Shown: piece after piece, positions 25,999 to 39,837 of the stretch | Layout of the letters: every line of letters starts with the position of its first letter | Position numbering within the stretch: position 1 is the first letter of the stretch | Notes under the pieces: generated by a model | The model's database searches: none | What the model saw: only the letters and a program-made list of their open reading frames with translations | Told to the model about the DNA's origin: nothing | Origin: the human T2T-CHM13v2.0 reference genome, Homo sapiens | NCBI RefSeq assembly: GCF_009914755.1 | Contig: NC_060927.1 | DNA: 64,000 nt | Reading direction: 5' to 3' (one strand) | Translations under genes and position numbers: made by a program

Positions 25999-27199
25999 TT
26001 AGGCCTTAAAACAGATTGGCTTCTGGCCACAGATCCCCTACCTGACTGCTATAAGCAGGTAAAAAGCTATGTGGGAGTTTGTGATGGTTCCATGAAGTAT
26101 ACTCAGAGACCTGAGGTCGAGGGAGAGGGAGGGATTGCTCCTCTGGCTATAGAGAAGCTTCTTTCAGCAAATTGGCCTTCCGAGTCAGGGCCTTTTCAGC
26201 CTCCGCAGCTTGTGGGAGGGTATGGGGCTTATTGGAAAGGCCCCAGTTCTCACTGTAGCTGAGACCTTCCCTCTTTGTCTCCCCTTGGCTGGTTGACTTT
26301 GATCTTGGATCTGATAACATCAAAAGCATCATGGTTTAGGCACCAGCATCTTTAGGATTGGAGAGTTTAATAAACCCAGGGAACAATCACCAGTGACTAC
26401 ATAAAGAGCCTACTTCTTTATAGTAGCAACCTAATGGCTAATTTACATAAATATATAAATGAAGAAATACCAAGAAGTTAAAGAAAGCAAAGAACTTCTA
26501 AGCAGAAAAATGTGTATTGCTGTTCCTTACTAGAATGTGAAGATCCAATTTGACACATTTGGCTCCCTCTGGATTTCCTTTAGCAGTTAAGATCCTGGCT
26601 AATTTATTATGTTGTTACTTTCCTATTCAGTAATTTGCTAAAACCACGTCTTGATTACATGTCTTCTTTTCTGATACCCAGTCAGCCTCCTATCTGATGA
26701 GGCTCTCTTAGCAAACCCCTCCACTCCTTTCAGCTCTTCAATGGAGCCTGCCTTGGCCACAGATACCCCACCCCCACAATGTCTTTTTATCAGGGAGCTC
26801 AATATCCTATCATTTGAGCTCAGCTCTTTCTGGCTAACTTCCTAAAGGATCTATTAGGATTATAAAGGACAGGATCATCTCCCTCAACAAAATCAAACAT
26901 GGTCCTCTAAGGTCCTCTCTAAGGAAAAGGGGAGAAATTTGCCTTGCGACAAAGAACTGCTCAACTTCTCAGCGCTGATTTTTTTATGCTCTCTTCTCTC
27001 CTCGCCTGCCGAGAGCCATTTTCCTGTTCTGAAAGCTGCTGCTGCTGACTGCCTACCCCTCACCACAGGTCTTAGATGCTGCGTACCTCCCTCTTAACAT
27101 TCTTGCCATGTGTGCAACCACAGGTGAATCTACAATCTGCTCAGCGCACAGCTGAGAGAGGGTGGGAATATTTAAACAAGCCTTTACTAAAAGCCAGAG

Positions 27200-27363
27200 C
27201 AGTGAATCTCAAACTCATATGTCTAAGAATCCATGGAAGGATATTAACCGCTTTAATATCAGATAATAAGTTCCTAAACCCAAAGATTCCGTTTCAGTGG
27301 GCCTGGGATGGTTTTGAGTGATTCTGAGCAACATGGTCCGAGAATTACATTTTGAGAAACACT
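27200..27363. mobile_element. MER5-family element
   Basis: cagtgaatctcaaact start and tttgagaaacact end, with MER5-like interior. Confidence 0.6.
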
Positions 27364-28712
27364 AGCGAAGAGATTTTTTTAAATGAGGAAAAAAATAAAA
27401 AGAAATAAACTGAGAGAATAGCATACAACTAAATGGGATCAGTTTGTAAGTTTGTGTTCTGAAGCTCTAAGATCCCATTACGTCCTATCTCCAGGAAAAT
27501 GGAACATCAACCTCTTGGGCATCCGTGACATATGCATCGTACCCCAGAAGGTATCGCCTCTTCCTCCCAGAGTTCACATTCTAAATAGGCAAAATAAAAT
27601 CAAATGACCCTAAGCATTCTCCTCCCAAATAACAATGAGCTGCTTAAAATCTTTTCTGGAATGAGAACTACTCATATAAACAGATAAGTAGCATAATTTG
27701 TTTTATTTACTTGTACCTTAATTGCATGCTGTGTTCAGCAGGCAGTGGATCAGATTCAAGAGGCTTCGTAATTTCCCTTTTCCTAGTGACAAAGGTGAAA
27801 AACTGATCTCTACACTTAATAATGTTTGTTTTGGGGTGAAGGAAATGGATTGACATTTCAGAAATAAATGTATTACTTGGAAGTTGCATTTTAATTTAGT
27901 TACTTTTTTAAATTATGGTCTTAGATTCTGTAAGTTTAGTATATAATTGAAAATAAGGAAATATTCTATTTTTGTTCAAGTATAATCTTAATACAAGGAA
28001 AAACTCAAATAGCCTGGAATTTTAGATAATGAAACTTGAATTTAAAGCAGATTGATGGATTTATGGCTGGTATCTATCTCCGAGGTTAACATTGTATTAT
28101 GGCCTACAAAGCTAAAGTGTTTTAGTTTGAGGGTGTTCCATTTGAGAACCTTGGATTCAAGGCAATGAGAATGAGAAAAGTGTTTGTATGACTACATTTG
28201 GCTGGGACAAATTCTGTTGGATGCAGGGCTGATAAGTTAGCCCATGTGCTATAGCAGAGCATTAGCCATTCAGTTGTTGAATAGTGAGGACAGATAGAGG
28301 GACAGGATAGTAGCTGGGACTTTGGTGGCTGGGGACAGCTTGAGGCAGAAACTCTTTCAGAAGCAATTCAGAACTGATTCAGAAGTACAGTGTTTGAATA
28401 TTTTCCATCAACTCCAATTTGCACTAGAAATGGAGGAGAAGAATGATCAATTCCAGCCTCTATATGAAAGAAGAGAAGGAAAAGATAAGAAAAAGAGAAA
28501 GCAAAGTAAATAAATGAGGATGTCTTACGCTGTGCTACTGAGCAACACCTCACTATAGAATACTGAATTGAAATAAATACAATTTTGCTCAGCTTAATTT
28601 TTGGAGCCATCTCATTGTTCTAAAGAAACAAATGGGAGGAGTACAAGCTTAAATTAGATGAATATTTAGCATTTACCTGAAATCACAGCAATATGTATTC
28701 ATGGCTATCATG

Positions 28713-28817
28713 GTCTGATGTGTAAGTTTTCCGTGTTCATACAGTTAATTATATTTTTTGGAACTACTCCAAAAAATGTAATTAACTATATGAACACGGA
28801 AAACTCTTCCATCAGAC
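28713..28817. repeat. Inverted repeat: 50-bp arms, 5-nt loop
   Basis: 28713-28762 matches the reverse complement of 28768-28817 at 44/50 positions. Confidence 0.95.
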
Positions 28818-28917
28818 ACCTATAGGGAAATGAAGAAGAGCAAAAAATCTCTTCTTGCAGACACCTAAAGGGAAATAAAGCAAATTAACTACAGCTTAAG
28901 CCCTATTACTTTTGAAC

Positions 28918-29045
28918 TGGTAGGAGAAAAACTCAGAGGAAATAATGTAATTTGTATGTATGAAGTACTGATGTATATGTGGTAGGAGAAAAACTCAGAG
29001 GAAAGAACATAATTTGTATGTGTGAAGTATTGATGAATATGTGGT
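28918..29045. repeat. 62-bp tandem duplication
   Basis: tggtaggagaaaaactcagaggaaa... units start at 28918 and 28980, 56/62 identical. Confidence 0.95.
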
Positions 29046-29239
29046 CTATGACAAGTATGGTAAAATGAAAGTCCACAAAGAAATAAATTAGCAGAAGCAT
29101 CATGTCTCCCAACAAATATGGAACCACTACACTTCACTAAAGAGAGTGGCACCTGGTGGGAAGGGGCATAGAATTTGTAACTGGCCAAGATTAAAGTGCA
29201 AATCATGACATTGTCTCTTAAATGCTTTATAATCAGGAG

Positions 29240-29380
29240 AAAACTTATTATGTACCAGTTTTTCTTTCCTAAAAAACAAGTATCATAAGCTTCAGGTTGC
29301 TGTGAGGATTAAATTAAATAATATGCATAAATTGTCTTATTCGTAATAAGTAATCAGTGAAAGCTAGCTACAATAATCAT
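29240..29380 (+). mobile_element. MIR fragment
   Basis: ggttgctgtgaggattaaattaaataatatgcataaa. Confidence 0.6.
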
Positions 29381-30589
29381 AAAAAATTAAGTAGTCAAAT
29401 ATGGAAGCATCTAGGAAAAATCCAGAAGTTGATTAATTTTATGGAAATTTTTTTTCCATTATAGCCTTTGTATTTATTTATCAGATGAGTTTTCAGCAGA
29501 TGTTTGTCACACATCTTGCTCACTCAGTTCTGTTCTTGTCAGCATGCCATTGTCAAAAAACTTATGAGTAGAGTGATATTAGAGCAATAGAATGAATCCA
29601 CCTCTCTTACTGAGATAGTCAAAGAGATAAAGAACCTAAATGATATTATTTTCTTTTCAGAGTGTATTTGCTTATAAGTCATTTCTGGTCTGTGGCATAA
29701 ATATGTGAAGAAAAAAACCCTGAAATATAAAACATGTATTTATTAATTTATTACGCTTAAGGTTAAAAAAGGTAACACAAATTTTAATTAGTTTAAAAGA
29801 CAAAAAGGAAAAGGAAAAAATGTTTAGCCTCAAGTACCAGATAAAGACTCTGATCCAGTATTTGTGTTGAGACAAAGGAAACTGTAGAGAAAAGAAAAAT
29901 AGAGCAGCAAACACTGAAATAATCCCAGAAGAAATGAGATCACTGGTCACATCCAACTCAGCTGCAAATGCAGCTTCCAACCCCAATAATCAGCCCTAAC
30001 AGGTGAGTTGAGGGCTTTATTGCTTGCTGTGTGAGGAAAAAGTTACCTTTCTGAGCTTGAGTCCTCTGAAGACTCTAAGAAGACACCTCTGTCTTTCTCT
30101 CATGGTTTTGCCATCAGTGAGAACCTAAATCATTGGAAGGAGCTAGAGAATCAATAAGTTTGGACTTCTTCAGTTCCATATTATAAAAAACTCATCCACC
30201 AGTTAGCACATTTTATTCAGAAATGTGCCCATTATAGTATGTTATTGCCCCTGAGAAAATACATCCAAACAGTACTTAAAGAATCTGGGGAAGCCCAGTC
30301 ATCAGGTTGTTTGATAGACTCACATTTCAACTAATTGGGAGAGCTTGTTCATCATTTCTGAGCGGTATTTTTCTTCCAAACATCATTTTCAAGCTCTTCA
30401 AAGTTGTACCCTTCAAATTTTCTTAAAATCCACTCATCTTTGTGTACTTCAAACTAATTTGGTACTTCTGTGAGTTTCCTATGGAAAATTCTCTAAATTC
30501 ACACAGTATGGATCTGGCAGGGCAAAATCAATGAAACCAGAAACGGGGATTAGTTACAAGGATTCTTGTCCATTCTCCATTCATTTTTA

Positions 30590-31430
30590 ACTAGGAAATA
30601 CATATGAATCATCTAACAAGGGTCAGGCATTGTTATACACACTAGGGAGATAGGGAGAACAGGACACACAGGGCCCCTTTCTGCTATATGCAAGCAAACA
30701 AAAACAGACATAATAAAATAATGTAGGCTAGGATAGGAGATATGAAGGGAAAAAAACACCAAACAAACCAAGGGGTTTAGAGGGAAAGTCACAAGAGAGT
30801 GGCTTTTAGATAGGGTGATTAGTGTGGTCTTTTGGAGGCTATGACATTTAAGCTGAGGCCTAAAAAGGAGGGGATAGTAAAGAGTGAGTGGAAGAACATC
30901 CAGACAATGAGAACAGAACATGCAAAGGCCATGAGTTGGGAAAGAACTTCGCTTGGATGCAGAAGAAGCAGACCAGCAAGGGTCTATTGCAGCATTAAGG
31001 CAGTAGACACTAGTGATCAGATCAGGGTGGTGGCAGGAAAGGTTCAGGGCAGTGGGTGGAGTTGAGATATATTAGGGGTGGGACTGACATTTCTTGTCCG
31101 TGGATTGGGCATGAGAGATTGAGAACCAGGACTCCTCCCAGGTTGCTAGCCTGAGATGCGGGGATGGTGGTGCCATTTACTGAGTAAAGGAACAGGTTTT
31201 GGAGGAAAAAACTTGTGTTCCATTTTAGACATGTAAGGTTTGAGATAACTGCATGACATCCAAGTGGAGTTATAAGACAGACAGTTCTGTACCTGTGTCT
31301 GAAGCTCAGAGAGGGGAGTGCTCTGATCTGAAGAAATAACTGGGAATTGTCAGCCTAAATTCAATATTGTTATTGAATCCATGGGAATGGATGTGATTTC
31401 CCAGGAAGCATGTATCTAGGACTGAGGCCT
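30590..31430 (-). mobile_element. L2
   Basis: tgacatttaagctgaggcctaaa...gggatggtggtgccatttactgag...ttttagacatgtaaggtttgagat. Confidence 0.8.
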
Positions 31431-31679
31431 GGTTTGAGTGAATGTAAAGAAGCCTCTATATATGGTACTCATCTTTGATGGTTCTCTCCATTCCCAAAAG
31501 CTCAGCTGAATAATTAGTATTTAGGGAGAATCCTCTGGACCCTCTAAAATTTTTCTCTGGACTAAGCCAGGCCACTGACTGTATTTTGATGCTGTACCTG
31601 AACACAGAATGGCTTTTATTAGATCATGCTATCAGCCTATACTGAAGAACGTTATAAGAAATCACGCAAGAAACATCCT

Positions 31680-31790
31680 GGTGTTTCGCAGCAGGAGCTA
31701 CTGTTTCCCCTACTTTACAGAGGAAACTGAGACACAGGGAAGTTAAGGAACACACGCTTAGTTATGCAGCTTCTGAATTTTCAACCACTT
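31680..31790 (-). mobile_element. MIR fragment
   Basis: tttacagaggaaactgagacacagggaagttaagg. Confidence 0.6.
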
Positions 31791-32209
31791 TATTATATCA
31801 CATCAACTAACAGAAATGATAATCAGTCTAGAGGAACCACTTAATTTGTCCTTCTGAGGTTATTTAGGGGCAAGTGGAAGAAAAAAAGTAGAGAAATCTG
31901 GAGACAGTGCATTCACATCATGTTCCCACCACTGATGGACTGAAACAGAAACTGCCCTTCCTGTCTCTGGCCCAGCCCTATGTTGGAAAGCCAACCCATA
32001 AACAGTTCAGTACAACTCCCAGAGGAGGTATTAGCAAAGTTTCCTGTGTAAATACCTGTCTGCTTCACAAGTACTTTCTAATGAGAGGAAGATAATCAAT
32101 AGCAATGAGGCAATAGTTGGTCACCTTCTATCTTACCACTTCTACTTTTCTATTTTTCTTTTCTTCCACCTTACCATTTCTACCAATTCTCCAGCTTCTT
32201 GTCTTCTTG

Positions 32210-32514
32210 CCTTTCTCCTTCTTGTTCTTTGAGACAGGGTCTCACTCTGTCACCCAGGCTGGAGTGCAGTGGCACCATCACGCCTCACTACACCTTGGCC
32301 TCCTGGGCTCAGGTAATCCTCCCACCTCAGCCTCCTGAGTAGCTGCGACCACAGGCAAGTGCCAGTAAACCCAGCAAAGTTTTTTTGTATTTTTTTGTAA
32401 AGATGGGATTTCACTATGTTGCCCAGGCTGGTTGTAAACTCCTGGGCTCCAGCAATCCACCTGCGTCAGCCTCCCGAAGTGTTAGGATTACAGGCATAAG
32501 CCACTGTGCTCAGC
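32210..32514 (-). mobile_element. AluJ
   Basis: gagacagggtctcactctgtcacccaggctgg...ctcctgggctc (J-type)...gccactgtgctcagc. Confidence 0.92.
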
Positions 32515-32918
32515 TGTTTTTCTTATTTAATTTTCATTTTCTACTGAGTTCTTTTCTCCCCTCTTTAATTCCTTTTTCTTATTTCCTATGAATGTTTAGC
32601 CTATTGGTGTTCTCTAATCTGGATTTTCTTCTTAACCTAGGACAGATCTTTTCAAATTTTGTTCATCTTTTTTCCAACTAGTTTCAAAATGCAGAGCTGA
32701 GTGTTCTATTTTACATATACCAACATTTGTATGCATGACTTGTTATTTTTATGCTGTTGTTACCTGTGTCCTTTATCATTGTATTCTGAAAATCCATAAT
32801 GACAAGTGATCATGTCAGGATAACTTTGGTTCAGTTCTGAGCACATGAGTACAGATGTTTAAAACATGTCAGATAAATGAGATAAAAAGCTGAGTTGATC
32901 AGATTAGTTAAGAGAAAA

Positions 32919-33174
32919 GGCCAGGCACAGTGGTTTATGCCTGTAATCCCAGCACTTTGGGAGACAGGGATAGGAGGGTCATTGAGCCCAGGAGTTCAAG
33001 ATCAGCCTGGACAATATAGTGAGACCCCATCTCTACAAAAAATAAAAAATTAGCTGGGCATGGCAGAACGTGCCTATAGTTCCATTACTTGAGAGGCTAA
33101 TGTGGGAAGTTTGCACCACTGCACTGTAGCCCCAGCAACAGAGTGAGACCCTGTCTCAAAAAAAAAAAAAAAAA
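32919..33174 (+). mobile_element. AluJ with an internal right-arm deletion
   Basis: Right arm jumps from tgtgggaag to ttgcaccactgcact; poly(A) tail. Confidence 0.92.
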
Positions 33175-35129
33175 GAGTGATTATTTTCCTCACAGGGAAA
33201 AATTCTTCTCCAAAAAAGAAGTGCTCTGAATATATGTAGATTTTTGTTTCTAGAGTGTTTTACTTGACAAGAGAGGTCAAGAGAGGAAAAATGGAATTCT
33301 AAATTGCTTCATAACCTTTGCCTCCTGAAGATGAGCAAGAAATAAAAATAAAGCATTTCAGAAGTTAAGACATGACTCCATGAAAATGTGTTTTGATTCA
33401 CCAAAATTTTCAGGAAAGCATTGCTTGTGTAATGCCAGAGATCCTATATCACAAAATTCTGGTTAATCATTAAATAATATCTTTTTAAATTAAATGATTC
33501 CTAGTACTTGCTGTGTCCCTGGCACTGGGCTAGGTGCAGGGGCAGCCTCTGCCCTCACCCAGCTGTGCAGGGAGTGTGAGAGCAGGGCTCAGCAGCTGAG
33601 ACACCGTGTGTGAAAAGTTTCCTGTGAGATTTGCACAGTTGTCATGGGAGGGACGTAGTGAACGGAAGGAATCAGACAGATTAAAAGATAGTGCGGTGGG
33701 AGAACAACCTAATTTGGGCATCATCCAGTATGGAAAGGAAATGAAAACTTGAATGCAACTAGAAAGATATCATAAGAAAGACTGCTGACTTTTTCAAGTA
33801 ATCTCAGAGCAAACACAATGCTTTTGTTATTCTCTTGGTTGGCCACACTGAGTGTGTCTCACGCTGAATCCATCAGGGCAGGTAAGCAAAGAAATCAAAC
33901 ACGGAATCTAGTGAACAAAAGAGTTGGGGCTAAACAGACAGCTCTGTGATAACAAAGGGAAGCTCCACGTCAGGGGTTCATGTGAGCTTCTTGGGAAGAG
34001 GCAATAGAGACCTAAAGACAGGCGTGCATGGATGTAGGCTCTCTCTTCCCACTGCCTGGCACGCTGGGCTCCACCCAGTCTTTCAGCATCCACTTGATGT
34101 TAATTAAGGCTCCAGTTCCTCTAATTTAGTGCTTACTATCCAGTTGTTCATTGCCCCCCAATTTCTTTTTACTTTTTAATCTTCATTTGGCATCTAACTG
34201 GCAGTGCAAACTTCTGGACTCACACAGAGATTTCTTCCAGCCTGTTTGGAGGTGGAGAGGCCTGGGATAGTGGGTTCTGGCAGAAGCTCCACTCAGTCGC
34301 TAAGTCTCCTCACTGGTCCTCCTGACAAATGAAAGGCCTTGAGATGGGTAAGAGTCTTGCCTCACCAGCTGAGCTGTGCATTCTTTACTTCTGGATTTAC
34401 TTTTATTTATTCTAGTAGATGTGTGAAACAGCCTCAGGCAATTCAGGGTCTCTCTCCCTGCCTTCCTCTGGTCTCTCTCCCTGCCTCCCCTCTTTTGGGG
34501 AGAGTCACACAGAGCCAAGGTGAGTTTAGGGTGGGCCACCCTTGCTCCCGCTTGGCTTTGAGTCTTCATCCATGCAGGTCCATGCCGCCCTATCCCACCA
34601 GTGGGGCCTCCTCAGGCTGTCTCTCAGGGCATGTTCTGAAGCCCCCTGCACTGTCCTGGGACACTGCTGAGCTCTGTGAGGCTGGCTCAGGGGCTGCTAC
34701 CCAGGCTTCCTGCAGCCATTTCAGCTCAAGCCCGCTGTGAGGCTTGGGGCAGGGTCTGGAGTCGGAGGTGTCAGGGAGCACACTGCGACTGTCCTGGGCC
34801 ACACTTCCGCCCCTAGCTCACCCTAGAGTACCTGCCAACAACCCGTCTCCTGTGGGCTCCTCCCGGGGACCCGCATCAATGTCTAGTTCTCTTCCTTCCT
34901 CTGGCTGCCTCCCTTTCCCATTGTAAAGACTGCTGTTATCTACAGGCAGGGAGGATCCTGCTATGCCTGATCAGATTCCTCCAAAGCTATCAGGTATGCC
35001 CAGAGCTCTTTCCCATCAACTCTGAAGGTGAACTTCTGCATTCTGTGGTGTCACAGCCGCTCTAAGCAATGACAACTGCAGGAATTATAAGGGACAGAGC
35101 CTCAGTGAATATGCCATACTATATTGTCC

Positions 35130-35360
35130 TCACAGAGCTCACACAGTTGAAAAGGACTTTGGAGCTCATCCACTCCCAATCCTCAGCTATGTTTGGGTCT
35201 TTCTAGAGTATCCCATACTTTAATGGCAGGAACCTTACTCGGCCCTGGACAGCCCCTTCAGTTGCTGAACAGTGCCATCTTTACCAAAGTCTCCCTGTGA
35301 CATCTGGACCTCAGTCAGGTCTGTCCTTGGCGTCACACTCGATGGGTCTTCTCCATGTTC
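35130..35360 (-). mobile_element. CR1/L3 3' end fossil
   Basis: gttgaaaaggactttggagctcatc...ggaaccttact...gacagccccttcagttgctgaacag resembles the antisense L3 terminus. Confidence 0.5.
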
Positions 35361-35899
35361 CTTTGATGCTCCTGGATGCTCAGGCCCCAGCTGAGCAGCC
35401 TGGAAAGGAAAGGACCCCCAACCACAGGAAAAAGGCTTTGGGCAGAGGGTGTCAGCCTGGGCCCAGCTGAGCCATTCCTGCTGCCTGCCCTGTTTCCTGG
35501 CAGACCTCTGCCTCAGGGATTCTGCACAGTGGGAAGTTCGCTACCTGTCATCGAGCCCATCTGTAGGCTTCCCTTGTGCTGACAGTGCAGCCTCTGGCTT
35601 CTCAGCCAGGAGCAGCACAGATGCCTGGGCTCACCCCACACATCTAACATGCCAGTGGATCTGGCATTCTGTACTCACACATTTGACAAAAGTTCCTTAG
35701 ATTATTGTAGCACATACCAAAGGAGAGAACTCTGCTATAAGTGATTGGGAAGCAATTTGCCAATTGTAAAATTAAATTAGTAGTAGAGGTAAAATCTGTG
35801 CATTCAGTGACAGTTCTTCATTAGCAGCCGACTGTTAATCCACAGCTTTCTATCAAATGAACTGGAGCTTGAGTCTTCAGGCTTTCACTGATACCTACC

Positions 35900-36070
35900 T
35901 TTTCCTTTTCTCTCTCCTTCTCTCCATCCTTTTCTCCTCCTCGTCCTTCCTTCCTTTCTTAAATGTTTACCGAGTTCCTATGTGTACAGGCAGTGGGCTA
36001 GGTACCAGATAGAAAATGATGAATCAGACCAAGACCCTGGCCTCAAAGAGCTCACATTCAGACCAGTGAA
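35900..36070 (-). mobile_element. L2 3' end with CT-rich tail
   Basis: aaatgtttaccgagttcctatgtgtacaggcagtgggctagg...gccctcaaagagctcacattc-like. Confidence 0.7.
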
Positions 36071-36089
36071 CATATTAAGTTTTGGAGGT

Positions 36090-37111
<1,022 letters not shown>

Positions 37112-38445
37112 CATAATATCCTTAAAGACATTTAAGCCTCAAATCACCGGGCCCGAACACAGCAAATTAAAAACATCAATTACCCTTTCTTTAAGATGCC
37201 ATAAGGAAGGTATGTGAGGAAACTTCCATAGGATTAGACTAAAGCCCCAAATAATAAAGATGGTTCCTTATTCCTGTTTTCCTACTTTGCTAAAAGGTAC
37301 ACTCAGATGCTGTCTCTAATGGAGAATTGGGATAAACTTCACCAGTCCTGCTTAATCAAGTGTATCTCCCCTCCAAAAAAAAAAAAAAAAAAGGAAAGAA
37401 AGAAAGAGACCAGTGCCAGTGAGACAGGTAGGGGATATTCAACTGTCCCTATTTCGTTCCAGAAAAACTAAGGCGTTACAACTTGCAATGTATCTGGTTT
37501 GACTCAATATGTTTTGTATTCAAGTTTCCAACCAGCAAAATTTGTGACCTTATTAAGAATACTAGTTCATACTCAGTACCCAAGAGAAAGATTTCCATTC
37601 CAGAATCTAGTCTACTAGCTTGGTTATTATTCATTTATAGTGTCAGATCAGAGAAAGATTGAAGGCATTCCTAATTAGTTGCCTTGGGATATAACACATT
37701 TGAAATAATATCAATTGATATTTCAGTGTCTGTTAAGCCTGATTTATAGGGACTTGTGTTTCAGTCTAAAAGATTAATCATGTGTCACACAAATGGATCC
37801 TGCAGTGTAATTTGTTTAAGATTTTTTAAAGTATATTCACATGTACCATCATTTTTACAGAAACAAATACAGATTGGAAATATCTAAGTATTTTATAAAG
37901 GACATATGATACTTCACCAAAGAATCCCATTATTTTAATTAACATAATTTTCTGACGTTGACGTGAGACCCACATGTGTAGATTCTAACTCAGTCTAACA
38001 AGCATAAGTGCTTGCAAGTCCTCTGAGAGAAAAGTCACAGGCCTGAGTCTGAGTTAAGGGAGATGTCCTCATTGCCTGGCCAGTTTCCTCATTGACATTC
38101 AACACTCCATTTGCCTGCTTGCAAAACAAAAAAGTTAGCCCTGCATGTTGACCTACCTGAAAGGTCTTTGTTAATTGAAATACTGCTGCAAATTCATAGT
38201 GGGTTTTTTTTTAAGTACAAAGACAAAATAAAGCCAAATCATACTTATAACTCAAAAGTTAGAATTGTTTTGCTAATTTTGTAAATGAGCAAATTTATCT
38301 TCTTAATCAAAATTCAGTTTGGAAATATTCCATATCATGTACAGGTTTCTAATACTCAACTGCAGCCACTTTTGAGGGACTCGATTTTGAATCTTCAGAG
38401 TATCAGATATTGTTTTTCCTCCCATCCCATTATTTTATTATTCTA

Positions 38446-38954
<509 letters not shown>

Positions 38955-39767
38955 TCATTCTGCAAGGCTAGTTTCCAAAAGAAACACATCAAGTAAGACC
39001 AAGGTGAGACCACAGAAAATAACTTAAATTCTGTTTTCATTTTTTTTTTCAAGAACTTATTTAAGGTTTAAAGTTTTCTTTGACCTCTACGGGGGCAGGG
39101 ATCATCCACCCAAGTTGTTGATGGGACAATAGAACCCCAAAGAGGGGCGGTGACATCAGCAGTCAGGTACCAATTAAACCCACGTGCTCTGATTTTTTCC
39201 TCACTACGTTTTGTAAACCCAAGAGCCTCCTATTTTTCAAATTTAGAAATTAAGCAACTTTTGAAGCTCCCTTTCTCTGGGCTTTCTGTACAAATAATAT
39301 ACTAAAATGCAGCACAAGTTAAATCTACAGTTATCTTGGGGATTTGTCATCACTGGCTCCACAACGTACACTGTGGGTTTCTAAATAAACTTCCCTTACT
39401 GGCTGCACAAGTTTCTGCAGAAGTGTCTTTTAGTAGCCTAAAAAAGAAAGGCTGGAAGAGCAATGTTTCTTTTGAATTCTCTAGCAATTATGAAATCCTA
39501 AAGAAACAGGTCCAGGTTACAAGAGAGGGACTGTGGTGTCAGAAGTAAGTCCTAAGAATAATTACTCTAGTTGGCTCTGTCTTTCCAGAGTTACAGCAAT
39601 AGGGAGTTCCTTGAACTTCCCACTCAACTGGCAGATGCCTCTGGCATGTTGTGATGTGGTGGGTGTTTTATTTGAAATGGTGAAGTGAAAGAAACAAACA
39701 AACTCTCTATGGCCAAAGTCACAATGAAATACAGATTTATGCATGAGCATGTACTCATACCACACAT

Positions 39768-39804
39768 TCTCTCTCTCTCTCTCACACATACACAAACACA
39801 CATG

Positions 39805-39837
<33 letters not shown>
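39768..39837. repeat. (TC)n(CA)n microsatellite with a gtgcgcgc core
   Basis: Directly visible. Confidence 0.9.

Noticed and set aside
27717-27782. 66-nt minus-strand exon-like segment (KREITKPLESDPLPAEHSMQL)
   Set aside because: Good acceptor but weak donor (AAG|gtacaa); peptide not recognised
28918-29045. CRISPR-like reading of the repeats
   Set aside because: Two abutting units without spacers in eukaryotic DNA; no cas genes
23600-30010. Isolated strong donors AAG|GTGAGT (~23609) and CAG|GTGAGT (~30002)
   Set aside because: Such matches are expected by chance in 64 kb; no paired acceptor with a credible frame
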